DNA from: Fimicolochytrium jonesii
Taxonomy: Eukaryota
DNA length: 64,000 nucleotides
Reading direction: 5' to 3'
NCBI RefSeq assembly: GCF_025526975.1
Contig: NW_026515694.1
Span: 310,001-374,000 of the forward strand
The notes below the pieces were generated by a model. The model was given only the letters and a program-made list of their open reading frames with translations, was not told the DNA's origin and did no database searches. Shown here piece after piece: positions 25,385 to 37,348 of this stretch. Each line of letters opens with the position of its first letter. Position 1 is the first letter of the stretch. A program made the position numbers and the translations under genes.

Positions 25385-26431
25385 CTAGGTAAGTAAACTT
25401 ACGGATTTAGACATTATGCGGACCCAATCTTCAAAGTTGATTTCGCCGTCACCATCAGCATCACATTCGCTCAGCATTAGTTGTAGTTCCATGTCCGTTG
25501 GTTCCTCTCCTAATTCTTTTGCTATTCTCTGTTGTCCTCATTAACGCTTACATGAGCGAATCCTATCTGCTGATCACGATGGACATTACCTTCAAATCCT
25601 TAACCCCAAACTTCCCACGCTGCTCCCCATCAAAAATATTGAAGCTCTGTTTCATGTGTTCCCTGCTGTCCTTCTCGCTCTACTCGGCCTCTCGGAATAA
25701 GAATAGGTTGAGAGAAATCAAACGTAACGTCGCATGTACCATTTTTACTGCCATCAATCTCAAAAATTCCTCGAAATCCAGGGTTGCAGCCCCTCCAGTG
25801 TCAAAGGTCGCTGCTAACTGCTCAGCTGAAGTGCTATTTCAATATCATTGGTTATAAGGCGGACGAGACTCGAGAGCTACGCCTTACCTTCACCGGGTCG
25901 AGGATCTAGCCCAAGTGCGCGCATGAGAATTTGAAGTTCTGTGACGTCTACGTCACCAGAGCCATCCGTGTCGAACAGATTGAAAACATCTCGAATGGCT
26001 GGGGTGACGAAGAACTCCGGAGGTTAGGAATAGTTGCGTATCGTATTGGGCCAGTGATGTTGCATTTGAGTACCTTGCTTTTGCTCAAATGTTAGCTCCA
26101 CCCTCTTCCTTGTTGCATTTGCTATAATTTGCTTCTTGTTCTCGGAAGGAAGCTGGACACTTCCAGCAGTACTCGCAGCGTAACTTTCTCCCAAGTGGGA
26201 GTCGATAGAATTCATCCCGCTGATGCGACTCAACTTTGTACTGCTCAAAGTGAAGGTAGATCCAGCGACTGTCTCTTGCTCATCGCAGACAGGGAGCAGT
26301 GCAGAGGATGGTGGTCGTTGTTGCCGTATTTGAGCACCTGATGTTGTACGATTGAGCTGGGATGGTATTTCGCAGATTTCCCCCAACTTCGGCCGGGACA
26401 ACGCCGCAAGGATGGACCCTCTTCGAGACAT
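25385..26431 (-). CDS. Centrin/caltractin-like EF-hand protein with long N-terminal extension (~262 aa)
   Basis: Exons 26431-26074, 25998-25888, 25825-25740, 25679-25590 and 25528-25385 (789 nt) give [38 protein letters not shown]...[21 protein letters not shown]...[10 protein letters not shown]...[17 protein letters not shown]. The last few codons are uncertain because of a possible GTAAGT donor. Confidence 0.88.
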
Positions 26432-26739
26432 GTTGTATTGTGTGAAGCTCCGTGAAGGTCGTGAAGGTGTTCCGGAAGAGAATAGCGGCAGGAACTGCGC
26501 TGCGCGTTTTCCAGAAGTTACCGTGGCCCTTGCCCTTTATGCAAAACTTGGTGGCTATCGCATTCATGCACCTTCCTGCAGGGAGACGTCCGGGCCAGCG
26601 TACAATACGTATATGATGTCGGCCCTTCGTTGCGAAAATCTGACAGCGCGTTTTTCGCGACTTTGACAGTGGGAAAATATCGGTTGAACTTGCGGGTGAC
26701 CCTCGCCGTGGCCGACGTCCCAAACATCAACCTGCAAGC

Positions 26740-29700
26740 ATGATGCGACAAGCCTCCCTCTTCAACGACAACATTAGTGTCAGTCCGGCATCAGCCCGCT
26801 CGCAGTCGAAAGGCCAGCATTCCCATCACCCGCGGCGGCGTGAGCATTCCTCCGCCTACTCAACAATAATGGCAGCAGGTGCAGCAAAGCCAAATGCACC
26901 TTTGGCAAACAATAAACTACGTCCGCTCTCCGGCGGCGCATCCACCGGTGTGCATTTGACTTCTTCTCAGATTGGCACTCTAGATCAAAAGCAGATACCG
27001 CGCCTAACATTCAAAGTTGCGCCATTCAGCAACTTTTCGCCTCTCTCCGGATATGACTCCTCCATTCCGAGTGCCATAGTACAACAACCCACTCAGAACG
27101 AGTTCATTCAGTCGATGTGGGGCGCATTCGATGCCATGCCGGACGCCCAGAGGAATAGTCTCCTCCGTGGACTCGTCGCCAGATGTGGAGAAAGTCAGGT
27201 CGACTCAATATGCACATGGCTGAACCTCAAGCTGGGGGATGCAGCTACCGGTCTTGCTCAGGTATATATCTACCAAAAGTGCATATCTCCCTCAACAGCA
27301 TCCCGGTAGTCAAGAGGAGGCCCTAACCAAGTTTCAAACTCTATAACAGATGCCCACCGTACATCCCGAAATCCTTCCCAGCAAATATTCGATCGGCAGA
27401 GGCAAGAAACCGCCTGGTATTGCGCATCCCGATGTCCCAGCGAAGGATGCTGGAATGCAAAGAGGAGGAATCAACTTGAACTTGTACTCCAAGCTGCTAC
27501 ACACCTCAGAAGATAACATAGTGCAGGCCGCGCAGCCCTGTGGGAGACAAGGGGAGAGATCAAGGAAAGCGGTGGGATTCAAAGCGCCGGCGCATCCTCC
27601 CGAGACCAAGTCCTCGAATTCGGACGGTGCTCTTATGAGCTACTTGAGCTCCCGAGTCCGCAATCTTCATCAGATCATGGAAACACTCGCTCAAACCGTT
27701 TCGGAAGGCGCAGATGTTGAGACTGCACTGATACGCATATATGAACGGGCTCAAGCGACAGTCTGCGCAGCGCAAGCGACATTGTATGTCATAGACCAGG
27801 CCTCCAATGAAGCGAAAGTGATCGAAAGCACATGGAGAGATCAGCCTAAACGTCAACAAGCCGGCGGTGTGAGTGAATTAGTGTCAATGACACCGAGAAC
27901 CCGAACACCAGCGTCAAGGCCAGGAACGACGGCGCCTCATCCAGATCGGATCCCTGTTCAGAGGCTCTATGCAGGGTCTACTCTCCTCAATTACGAGGTG
28001 GTCAATCTGTACAACGTCAAATCAACTTACGATCATACATCCGCTAACAACGCGGCGACAGGAACTACATCCGACTCCAATACCTTCTCGGAAAACGAAA
28101 TACTCGATCCTGCGTACGATAAACTTGACGTACAATGTATACTGACAGTCCCGATCTTATCGACCAAGGCGCTGGCCGGAGTCCACTTTCCGGGTAGTCC
28201 CGGTGGTTTAGTCGGTATTATCGAGCTCATCAATAAGACTGGGGCAGACACGCCACCATTTTTCACAACGGAGGATGAATTTGTAGCAAAGACGCTGGCG
28301 AGTGTGGCGACGATGTTCATGGTGAACACAGGAGGCACGGAGCAACTTGTCGTTCACCAAACGGCGGACCTGAAGACTCTGCTGGATAATGCCTCAGTCA
28401 TGACTTCCGATGCCGATCTCAATGGTTAGCACCACCATTTCCCCGAGCCTTTTCGGAATGGGACAAATGATTTACGATTATGCAAAACAGACTTGATGCC
28501 CGTGATTATGCACACTGTGAAGGATCTCCTGCAGGCGGAACGGTGCTCCTTATTTCTTTTGGATCGAGATAAGGAGGAGCTTTGGACATCAGTCGCGCAA
28601 GGAACGCAAGAGATCAGAATTCCGATGAATAAAGGCATCGCTGGTAAGCACGCGACCGTGGATATCCCGACGGCAGCGTTCTCCATGACACAAGGACGGT
28701 GGAGTTAAAGACAGAATTCTACCGTTGGATCTTCCGGAATGAACACTGAGACATGTCGTGTCATCTATCCTGACAGGCTATGTTGCGACGACAGGAAAGA
28801 TTCTGAATATACCAAATGGTACGCATGCATAAATTCCATGCCAGCTAGACTCATGGATTACTCATTCTATTTCGATTTGTGAACATAGCGTACAAAGACG
28901 GGCGATTCAATCGAGAGATTGACCTAAAAACCGGATTTCATACGCGCAACATATTGTGCATGCCCATGCGCAGTAGCGGGAGGGGGAACCAGGTCATTGG
29001 AGTTATACAAATCATAAACAAGCTCCCTGATCCTTCCGTATTCGGAAAGGAAGATGAGCTACTGCTTGGGAGCTTCTCAGCATTAGGTATGCCCCGAGTG
29101 CATCATCTGAAGAACTGGGGAGAGGCAAGATGTTGCGTACATTGGAACTGAGATTTTCCTTTGCTTCGTCCTGATCAGCCGGTGGGATGCTCGACAAAAC
29201 AATGGCCATGAAGGCGATGCAAATAAAGATCCAGATGTTGTTAGCTCAGAGAGATGCTTTGATCAAAGGTGCAGAATGCAATCCTCTGACGATCATCATG
29301 CTTGATCTCAACGGGAAATTGGTGAGAGAAGATATCACGCATCGTCTCAGACATACATGCGCCCTCTCCCGCTCGTGGCTCACCTTGTTGAATGGATTCC
29401 GTACTATATTTGGACTTGAAACTCGATTTTCGAGACTATCAGGTATCGATAAATCACCACGAAACCCTCTCACTGGCGGACATGAGCGTTCTGAATCTCT
29501 CCACATACGATACATGGCTCGGAGACAACTCAGAGCTGATCGATGACATTCGATCTGTTTACGAGACGGGGAACCCGGCATATGGGGCACGCTATCCATT
29601 CTTGCCGCCCGTTTCCTACGATGAGGACGATGATGAAAGCAACCGGACAATTTTGTTGGATTACACTATTGCTAAGGCAGAGTCGGATTCGGTCGGCGTT

Positions 29701-31436
29701 GTTGTCGTCATCGAACTTGTTGGCGAGGAGAGGTCATTGATTGAATCCCTTACACGGTATGTTTGCTTCGTATGGCGCACAACAGTGTCTCCCGACATAC
29801 GACTGAAAGTTGACTGTCTCCCCAATCTTACATGTCACTTCGATCCCCAGATATCTTCCTTACGATGTTGCAAGGCAAACCTTGAGCGGTAATCGATCGG
29901 CTTTGAAAGGGAAGGAACAGCAAGCGTCAGTCCTGTCGATTGAAGTACAAGAAGGTATGTGATGTTCGTAGCTGTTCAAGAATAAGACGAGGGATGCGAC
30001 GACACTGACCATCAAAGCCTTGCAGTTGATCGAGGCGTAGACTCGAGCGTTATTTCGACATTGAGTGCGTACACGCAACCCGTCATAGATGAGGTGGAAG
30101 ATGGGAATGGTTCGTCGCCTTCTTGCCGTAAGGTGATCTGAGCAACCCTGATCTTGACGCTCATTTTCTCCTTGCAGGGCTTCTCTCATCGATTACAGCG
30201 ACGAGCGCGACCGCAGTTTTCGGAGCGCCGTTTGGGGAGACGGCCTCCGTCAACGCCGTTGCATCAGTCACTTCGGCCCTGAAAATCATATCACGTGTTC
30301 AGGAAGTACATAAAGCTTCCATGCAGCCTGTGAACACGGGCGTGCTGCTGCCGCATTCGCTTTCGCAGCAGCTTCCAAGAGGCAGCATATTTGGTCAGCT
30401 CTCAGATCGACAAGGAATGGAACGAGCACCGAGCAATCTGATGACAGCCAAAGCGAGCGTTGTTGCACGCAACACCTCCGCAAAGGAGAGAAGTGCCAGA
30501 GCTATTCCGCCGTTGAAGATGGGTTTGGTGATCGCTACGGACAGTGTCGTCACGGGATGCGTAGGCAAGCCACCTAGATTGGAGTATCTATTGGTTGGCG
30601 GTATGGTGGCTTTTCATTGTTGGGCTCTGTCTCTGATTCGCTAGATTTATCGAGTTTACTTTACAGATGGTGTCAAAACCGCAAACGCATTACATGAGCT
30701 GACGAAAGTCTACATGAGTACTGTCCTGCCTCCGGCCAGTGCAATCGACAACAACGCCCCACCTCCAGTTGCTCTTGTGGCACAACAAGCACGGATGTCA
30801 GCTGCTATGCCCTTACAGCAACCATCGTCCTCCTTTGCACAGTCTGTGGGGTTCGCTTCTCAAGTCAGCGTGCCTGATCAGCCGAGCGGTTCTGCACCAA
30901 CTTTGATCATATGCGACAGAACGAAGCAGTTGGTAACTGGGCATTTTCACATCAGAGAGCTGGACGCGGTGTATTTGCCAGACCGCCGTCAACCTGATGG
31001 TCCTCCTGAAAACAACGCCTTCTCGGTCAAGCTCCCATCAAGCAGTGAACTGACGGAGAAACCCAAAGCGATGCTCATTCATCAGGTCCTAGCCCCCTCT
31101 GATGCACGATTGGAGCAAAGCACTTTGACGGTAAGTCCACCCGTCTACCGATGCGATGTTCAACGTCTTGTTTCCCTTGCGACTTTTCAATTCTACTCTT
31201 CATTCTCGAATGGACTCTGGACCAAACCTTCTCTGTTTTAGGCTCTCATTTGCTATGAGCTTGGGCTATCCGAGTACAGGGCTCAAAACTTTTCTGGGGC
31301 TTTGCACCATTTTCGGAAGGCCATTGCCCTTACCGGAGACGCCCCATCTACAGTCATGGGAGAACGGTGCAGGCTGATAATTGATGGCGCCGTTGTCGTG
31401 CCCGAGAACTGGGACGGTGTGTGGGTGTGGAACTAA
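26740..31436 (+). CDS. GAF-GAF-PAS-class III nucleotidyl cyclase-like-TPR protein (CyaB-type architecture), catalytically degenerate (~1238 aa)
   Basis: 12 exons (26740-27261, 27350-28424, 28491-28643, 28777-28818, 28889-29086, 29179-29321, 29443-29756, 29851-29954, 30026-30109, 30178-30600, 30667-31130, 31242-31436) sum to 3717 nt in frame. [14 protein letters not shown]...[34 protein letters not shown]...INK...F..EDE. Cyclase: AVFGAP and [15 protein letters not shown]. Tail: [11 protein letters not shown]. Confidence 0.85.
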
Positions 31437-31889
31437 ACCCTTCCGTAGCTGTTACAGAGGGAAGGGGAGCTGAGGGGATACTGTACTGTACCTATTGTGC
31501 ATCGGTCTTATTCTTATGTGTACCAATCCCTTGGCAAAATGTTTGTCAGGCAATAGCGAGCGAGCATCGTCGGGGCAAAACAGTTCCGCGCTGTCGATGT
31601 CCGTCAGTCATGCCACCGCGTTGTTACGTAGCATGTTAGTAATGTGCTGCTCTCATAAAACCAGTGACTTACCCTCGGCCGGAACTCGAGCGAGTGCACA
31701 TGCCAGCTTGAACTGCTGCAAGCAAGCCCTATGCGGATTCGCCCAACGTAAATCTTCGTGAACCTGCTGAGGCTGCCAGACGTATATACTGTATTACTTA
31801 GGACTCCCGTTGCATCACGTCGCTTCAGTTCCGAGAACAACCGTCGACGTGCTTGAGATTACACACCGCTCTCCAGCAGCTTACTGGGC

Positions 31890-34800
31890 ATGACTGATTT
31901 CCGGGCTAGTCGAGAAGATCGCAAGCGGCCTGTGATTGCAGAGGAAGGAGAGGCTGCTTCCGAACATCCATATCCTTCTAAACGGTTAAACAATAGCAGC
32001 AACTTCCTGGACCAAGCTTTACGTGTCGATCCAGCGAGCATCGAGGCGGACAATCGTGGGCGTCGCCGCTCGGGGGATGTTGCAGCAAAGCTAGAGTCCG
32101 AAGCAGAAGTACGCCGTAGTTTCTTCGTCCGAGTCTCTGCCAGCAAGTTGCTTAATAGGATCCTTTTAGGAAGATCCGGATGGCGGGATAGCAGGTTCCA
32201 ATGTCCTGAACTACCAAAAGCTAGCGATATGGCGGCAAATGCAACATTATAAGCGCGAGAGTGCGGCTGCTTCTGAGAAAATAGAGAAATTGGAAGAGCG
32301 ACAGCATTTTTACGAATCGAGCCTTGCTGTAGCAAATCACTATGTACACAAGGTACGATCGTTTTTTTTCAGCGTTGCGTTCTGAGTGCAGGAGGAGGAA
32401 TAATCTGCGATACGAATAGGGATGGCAATTCTGATGCGACATTGCGCTAGGTGTTTGAAGATGTGCAAGCGTTTTTACAGCGTCTGGAAGACCACGAAAT
32501 CGGAAGTGTAAATGGGCTGAAAGCAGGTTCTCGCGTCGAAGCAGAAGGAGGTAAATCAATTTATGGGATACATGCAGCTGTTATAGCAGTCCACGCCCAC
32601 GCCGGATGTTCAACTAAATCCCGGCGACACGTTACCATAGAATCAGCACCGTCTGCTTTACTGGAAGTCATAGCGGAGCCTCGTTTCCCAGAGGAGGATG
32701 TGGACCTTTTCCTGAAAGAAAAGTGGAGCGCGACAAACGAGGTTCTCGCAGCATTGCTCAAGCGTGTTGATGCTACCGCATCGCATGGTACGTCAACAAA
32801 AACGGACAGCAACTCAAAAAGAACCAGATTCTCAAATTTTTTCCTATTTCTAGGTTCCGTTACGCGACCATTAAGTGAGAAGGCGGACTTGGATGGGTTA
32901 CAAGCAAAGCTGCATACGCTCTCCGCACAGGTGTGTAGGGTCACCTTGTCCTCATTGAGCTTGGAACTAACTCAAATGATGAACCGGCAGAATCGGACGT
33001 TGGAAAGCGAACTCCACAAACGGGAACGACTGGTGAAAGACCTCAAAATGGATCTTTCGGAAGCTTCCAATCGCGCCATGAAACTGGAACGAAAGCTGGA
33101 TCGAATCAGCACCAGTTCAAATGGCGCTAAAGAGCACGTGGATTCCGTTGACGACAAGCCCCGTCCGGTTCGTTGATTATTTGAAATCCTTCATATAAAA
33201 TCCGTATACTGATCGTGATTGTAACTCCAGGCAGATCCTGACGATGAATCGATGGCCGCGATTTCTGAGTTGCGGTCGGTAGAAATAGCAAAATTGAGCG
33301 CTGAAAAAAGAAAACTGATGGAGGAACTGGATCAGACTCACTTGAAGGTATTTGCAATTGAGCGCTGCATGTTTTATAGCGCAAGTACTTATGGGATTGT
33401 TCAGTATTCAAATAGATCGCTGCACGACGATCAGATCCGAGAGTCCCATATTTATCGAAACCTTGAGGAGGAATATAAGTATCATCTTAGTGAAAACGAG
33501 GTCCTCAAACAGCGGCTGGAAAGAATGACCGGGGAGATTGAGGAATATCGAGCGGAGCGGACGAAGTTTGCCGAAGAACTGGAAGCCGAGCATATCACCA
33601 GACGAAAAGTGTTGGAAACGGAGATGCGTAGACTTGAGAGTGATTTGACACGGGTTCGCGGAAACCGGGATCAGCTGCAGCACAATCTGGATTTACGGTG
33701 TGCCAAAGACAATGTCGAGATTGCTCAACTACAGGAGATCAGGGTTCTTGCCAACGCCAGAAAAGTACGGCCCATCTCTGAAGGCGGCGTTGCAAACGAG
33801 GGATCTGACAGGTTTTTGTAGGACAGGATTACATGCTTAGAGGCCGACATTCTAAGATTGAAATTACACCTGGCGGCAAATCTTGGAGACAAAGCTCTTC
33901 TCCTTTTCTTCGAAGAGAATCCGGAGGGGAATCCGTTGGCGGACTTGCGACAGCGGCTGAAGTATGTCATGTCATTGGCGAAATGAGATTCGGCGGGCGG
34001 CGATGCTGACACCCATTTTTCTGTCAACAGGGATGCCCAGTCGCGAATACGTTCACTGGAAAACGAAACTCAATCGCGAGACCGATATTCCGACACGAGA
34101 AATTCCGATAGCGATCGACGCAGTTATCGGCACGATTTAGAGAGTCTACAGTCTAATCTGGACAAATATCGACGGTGGTTTGGAGATGCGAATCCAGATT
34201 CCGACCCGACCAAAAAACTGGTTGGCCGGGTAGAGCAGTTAGAAAAGGATCTAGAGCAGAAAACGCTGGCGTTGGAGACCTTGAAGAAGGTATGTAAGGA
34301 ACACGGTCTTGCTGTGGAGCTGATTCAGATCTAAATTCGAATCACAGACGGAGGCTCGGCTAGCGGAAGAGTTCGATCAATTAGGTGCAGCGTGGACAGA
34401 GCTCGAGGAACAATGTACCCGGAAGGTGCTCAACTCATCGGAGAAGGAGGATCATATTCTTCGCCTGGTTGCAGAAGTAAGATTTAGCTCAGTTAGAACT
34501 TTTCCGCATGAGCTGCTGAATTGAGACGCCTTTTGCCTTGTAGAGGACAAAATTCGACCAGAAATGCGCAATGATGTCGAAGGATCAGTTGACGAGCGGA
34601 AACCTCATCATCGCGTTGCGGAAACAGGCGGAGAAGCAGCTCGACCACATCAATGTCCTTGAGCAACGGGAGAAGAATCTGTCACAACAGCTGGTTCGTA
34701 ATGGGCTCGGTAAACATATCTGGTTGACATCTTATCAAAACCTATGTACGTCCCCGCGCAGCACACTTTGGAGCGGGAAGTGGTTGCGCATAAAAGTTTC

Positions 34801-35461
34801 TTCGAGCAACAAACGAGAAAAGAGGCAGACTTCATGCGGCAGCTAGCGCAGTATAAGGACGTGGAGCGGCAATGGACTGCCAAATATGAGAATGTGAGTG
34901 GATGCACGGGCGACTCTGGACCGCCAAGTCCTTGGATTGATAGCGACGCTATGGTAAACATCGTTCTCCATGACAGGTGTCAACATTGCTGAAGAAACGG
35001 ATAGCAGCACAAGAAACGGAGGCACAGGCTCGACGCCAAGCCGAAGAGCGGGTCATGGTGTTGCAAAAGAAGATGGAGAAGCAACGCAAAGTGGAGCCCA
35101 CCACGCCTGCGGACTCGAGCACGTCGAAGGAATTGGAGCAATTGCGGGTACGTTTATCGGCGTTGGGTTGAATTATGGATGTGATCGCGCGAACAGAGCG
35201 CTAACTTGGTTTTCCATTTAGATGCTGCTTCGGTGCAGCAGCTGCGTAACGAATCTGAAATCTCATGTGCTACTGAAATGCATGCACACATTTTGGTATG
35301 GTTCAAGGCAGTTGTTGCAAAACGGACGCCACAGCAGTCAGCTCACATTATCAATTCGCAGCAAGGACTGCATCGATCACCAAGTCACGTCACGGCAACG
35401 CAAGTGTCCAACGTGCGGCCTTACGTTCGCGCATCAAGATGTGCGCCAAGTTTATCTCTGA
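31890..35461 (+). CDS. BRE1: E3 ubiquitin ligase Bre1 (H2B monoubiquitination), multi-exon
   Basis: Long coiled-coil exons (LESDLTRVRGNRDQL) and a C-terminal RING after splicing: LLRCSSC...VLLKCMHTFCKDCI...RQRKCPTCGLTF...DVRQVYL*. Confidence 0.92.
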
Positions 35462-35609
35462 ATGAACGACATGTATTCATTCGCCACAGGAATCAGCTCA
35501 GTACAATTTTGAACACTCCCCCTCCCTCCCTCCCTCGCATGCGAAATATGTATATGTAATCGACGGCATTCTCGCCCTGGCTTCATATCATCAAAAATAC
35601 ATTGAAACA

Positions 35610-36935
35610 TCAATCTCGCCATGGCATGTCAAACATTTCGTCATCCCCAACTCCGGAGCCGGATGCTGCTGGCCCTCTATCCCCGCCAGATTGAGACTTC
35701 GTCAGGAATTCCTTGCTTTTCTCTATGGAACGATCCAAGCCCGTGATCTCCTCTGACATTGCGATCGCGCGAGCAATGTTGCCCTCCAGCGTTTTCATAG
35801 TGTGCAAATCGTTGTACTTTTCGGCCCCATCTTGGAAGGAGATGATCCCCTGATCCCGTTGGCTTATGGTAGCTAACACCTGATCGTTCTCGACCATCTC
35901 CAGAATATTTCGTTCAGCCTCCGCAGGCGTCTGCAATCCGACCGACTTTGCAATATCGCTCAGTGACATTGTTAAATATGTCTGCGTCAGTTGCTGAATG
36001 CTTCGGCGTGTCAACGCTTGCACGCACTGCGCCGCCAATCCTCCATTTCCATGTGCGGTAAAGTGTTGCAAAGCCGTTTGGTATTCCGCCTGGACACGCG
36101 CAGTGTTCGAGGATTGATACGCTAGTGAAAACTCTAGATACGGTTCCGAAAGATCTTTCACCGCTTTCTCGAACGCCGAGCTCATATACTTTGGCAGAGG
36201 CATCACCTTTCCGTGCGCCAGGAGGGAAACTAGGATGTACTTTCGGTGGGCTTCGACTTGTATCGCCGAGGCGATGTGTCCAGGCGCGGTGATGCATAAT
36301 GTGAAGAATTGGAGGGCGCGCTTGTATTGGTGGAGAGCAGTGTATATCATGCCACCATAATAATGGTAGAGCAGGAAGGATTGAATGGTGGTATCGAAAG
36401 CGGCCGGATCAATACTCTCGATGTCGTTATCCAGCACAATCAGAGCGAGGCGTGGTGCGTTGGCGAGGAGACAAGTTTTGCACAGCAGTTGATGGATGCT
36501 GGTCAAATAGATTTCGCCGTCGCCGTTTGGAGCTGACCACCTGAGGCAAGCGATACGGAGTGGTGAAACGGCCAGGATTTGCGATTTGGCTTTTGTCGCC
36601 AGCCCAACGACTGAGTTTCCAAACTCAGCCATAAGAGTTGGAATAAGGCGAATGTGTGCAACGTTGAATAGCTCTGCAAACGAATTGCAGCATTGTAGCA
36701 GCAAGATGATCTGGTCCACATCCAATAAGGAAACGGCGGTTGCGCGTGCGAGCAGGATTTTCAGGTAGGGTATCGTATTGTGGAAGGGACTTAACAGAGC
36801 AAGAGGGTCTTGGCCGGAGGACGTCAATTGGGCGAGGGTGGGCCCTGCGAGGGACTTGAGGTAGGGCAGTTCTTTCCGCAAGGCCTCGAGCTCCAGGTCT
36901 TGGGAGCTCTGAGCCCGTTTCACAATGTCGTCCAT
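35610..36935 (-). CDS. CSN3: COP9 signalosome subunit 3 (PCI domain)
   Basis: Intronless, likely ATG at 36935 (MDDIVK). LTSIHQLLCKTCL, FLLYHYYGGMIY, EAHRKYILVSLL.HGK...LPKY, IQQLTQTYLTMSLSDIA. Confidence 0.93.
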   Translation of the reverse strand: MDDIVKRAQSSQDLELEALRKELPYLKSLAGPTLAQLTSSGQDPLALLSPFHNTIPYLKILLARATAVSLLDVDQIILLLQCCNSFAELFNVAHIRLIPTLMAEFGNSVVGLATKAKSQILAVSPLRIACLRWSAPNGDGEIYLTSIHQLLCKTCLLANAPRLALIVLDNDIESIDPAAFDTTIQSFLLYHYYGGMIYTALHQYKRALQFFTLCITAPGHIASAIQVEAHRKYILVSLLAHGKVMPLPKYMSSAFEKAVKDLSEPYLEFSLAYQSSNTARVQAEYQTALQHFTAHGNGGLAAQCVQALTRRSIQQLTQTYLTMSLSDIAKSVGLQTPAEAERNILEMVENDQVLATISQRDQGIISFQDGAEKYNDLHTMKTLEGNIARAIAMSEEITGLDRSIEKSKEFLTKSQSGGDRGPAASGSGVGDDEMFDMPWRD

Positions 36936-37348
36936 GGTTGATCTCCAAGATGGTGAACAGAGAAAGTCCAAAATAGCGAGCGGAGGATCGATTGCACTGT
37001 GAATCGATACAGGGAAGCGGCGGGGATGGGCGACTCCGTTTACAAGAGAGGTTGCAAATTGCGGGTTTCCCACGTCACCATGCTCGGTTCGTCGTTGTTG
37101 TTGACTGGCACCAGGAGACAGGGAGACCAGGACATTCGGACTGACGGGGAGCTTAGGGTGAACTGACTCATCCTCGCGCGTCGTTTTTCCAACTCTCACA
37201 ACATCCCTCAGCTTTTTATCATCCGCTTCATGATACAGTATTAAGAATAGATACGTAGCAATTCAAATTGCTCGCAAAGCCTGTACATGCGATAATCATG
37301 TGCCGGTGAATGTGCCCCACAGAAAGCGTTGCAAGATAATCTCACTCT

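Noticed and set aside
36936..37199. N-terminal extension of the CSN3 ORF
   Set aside because: It begins at a non-ATG codon; CSN3-like sequence starts at the ATG at 36935.
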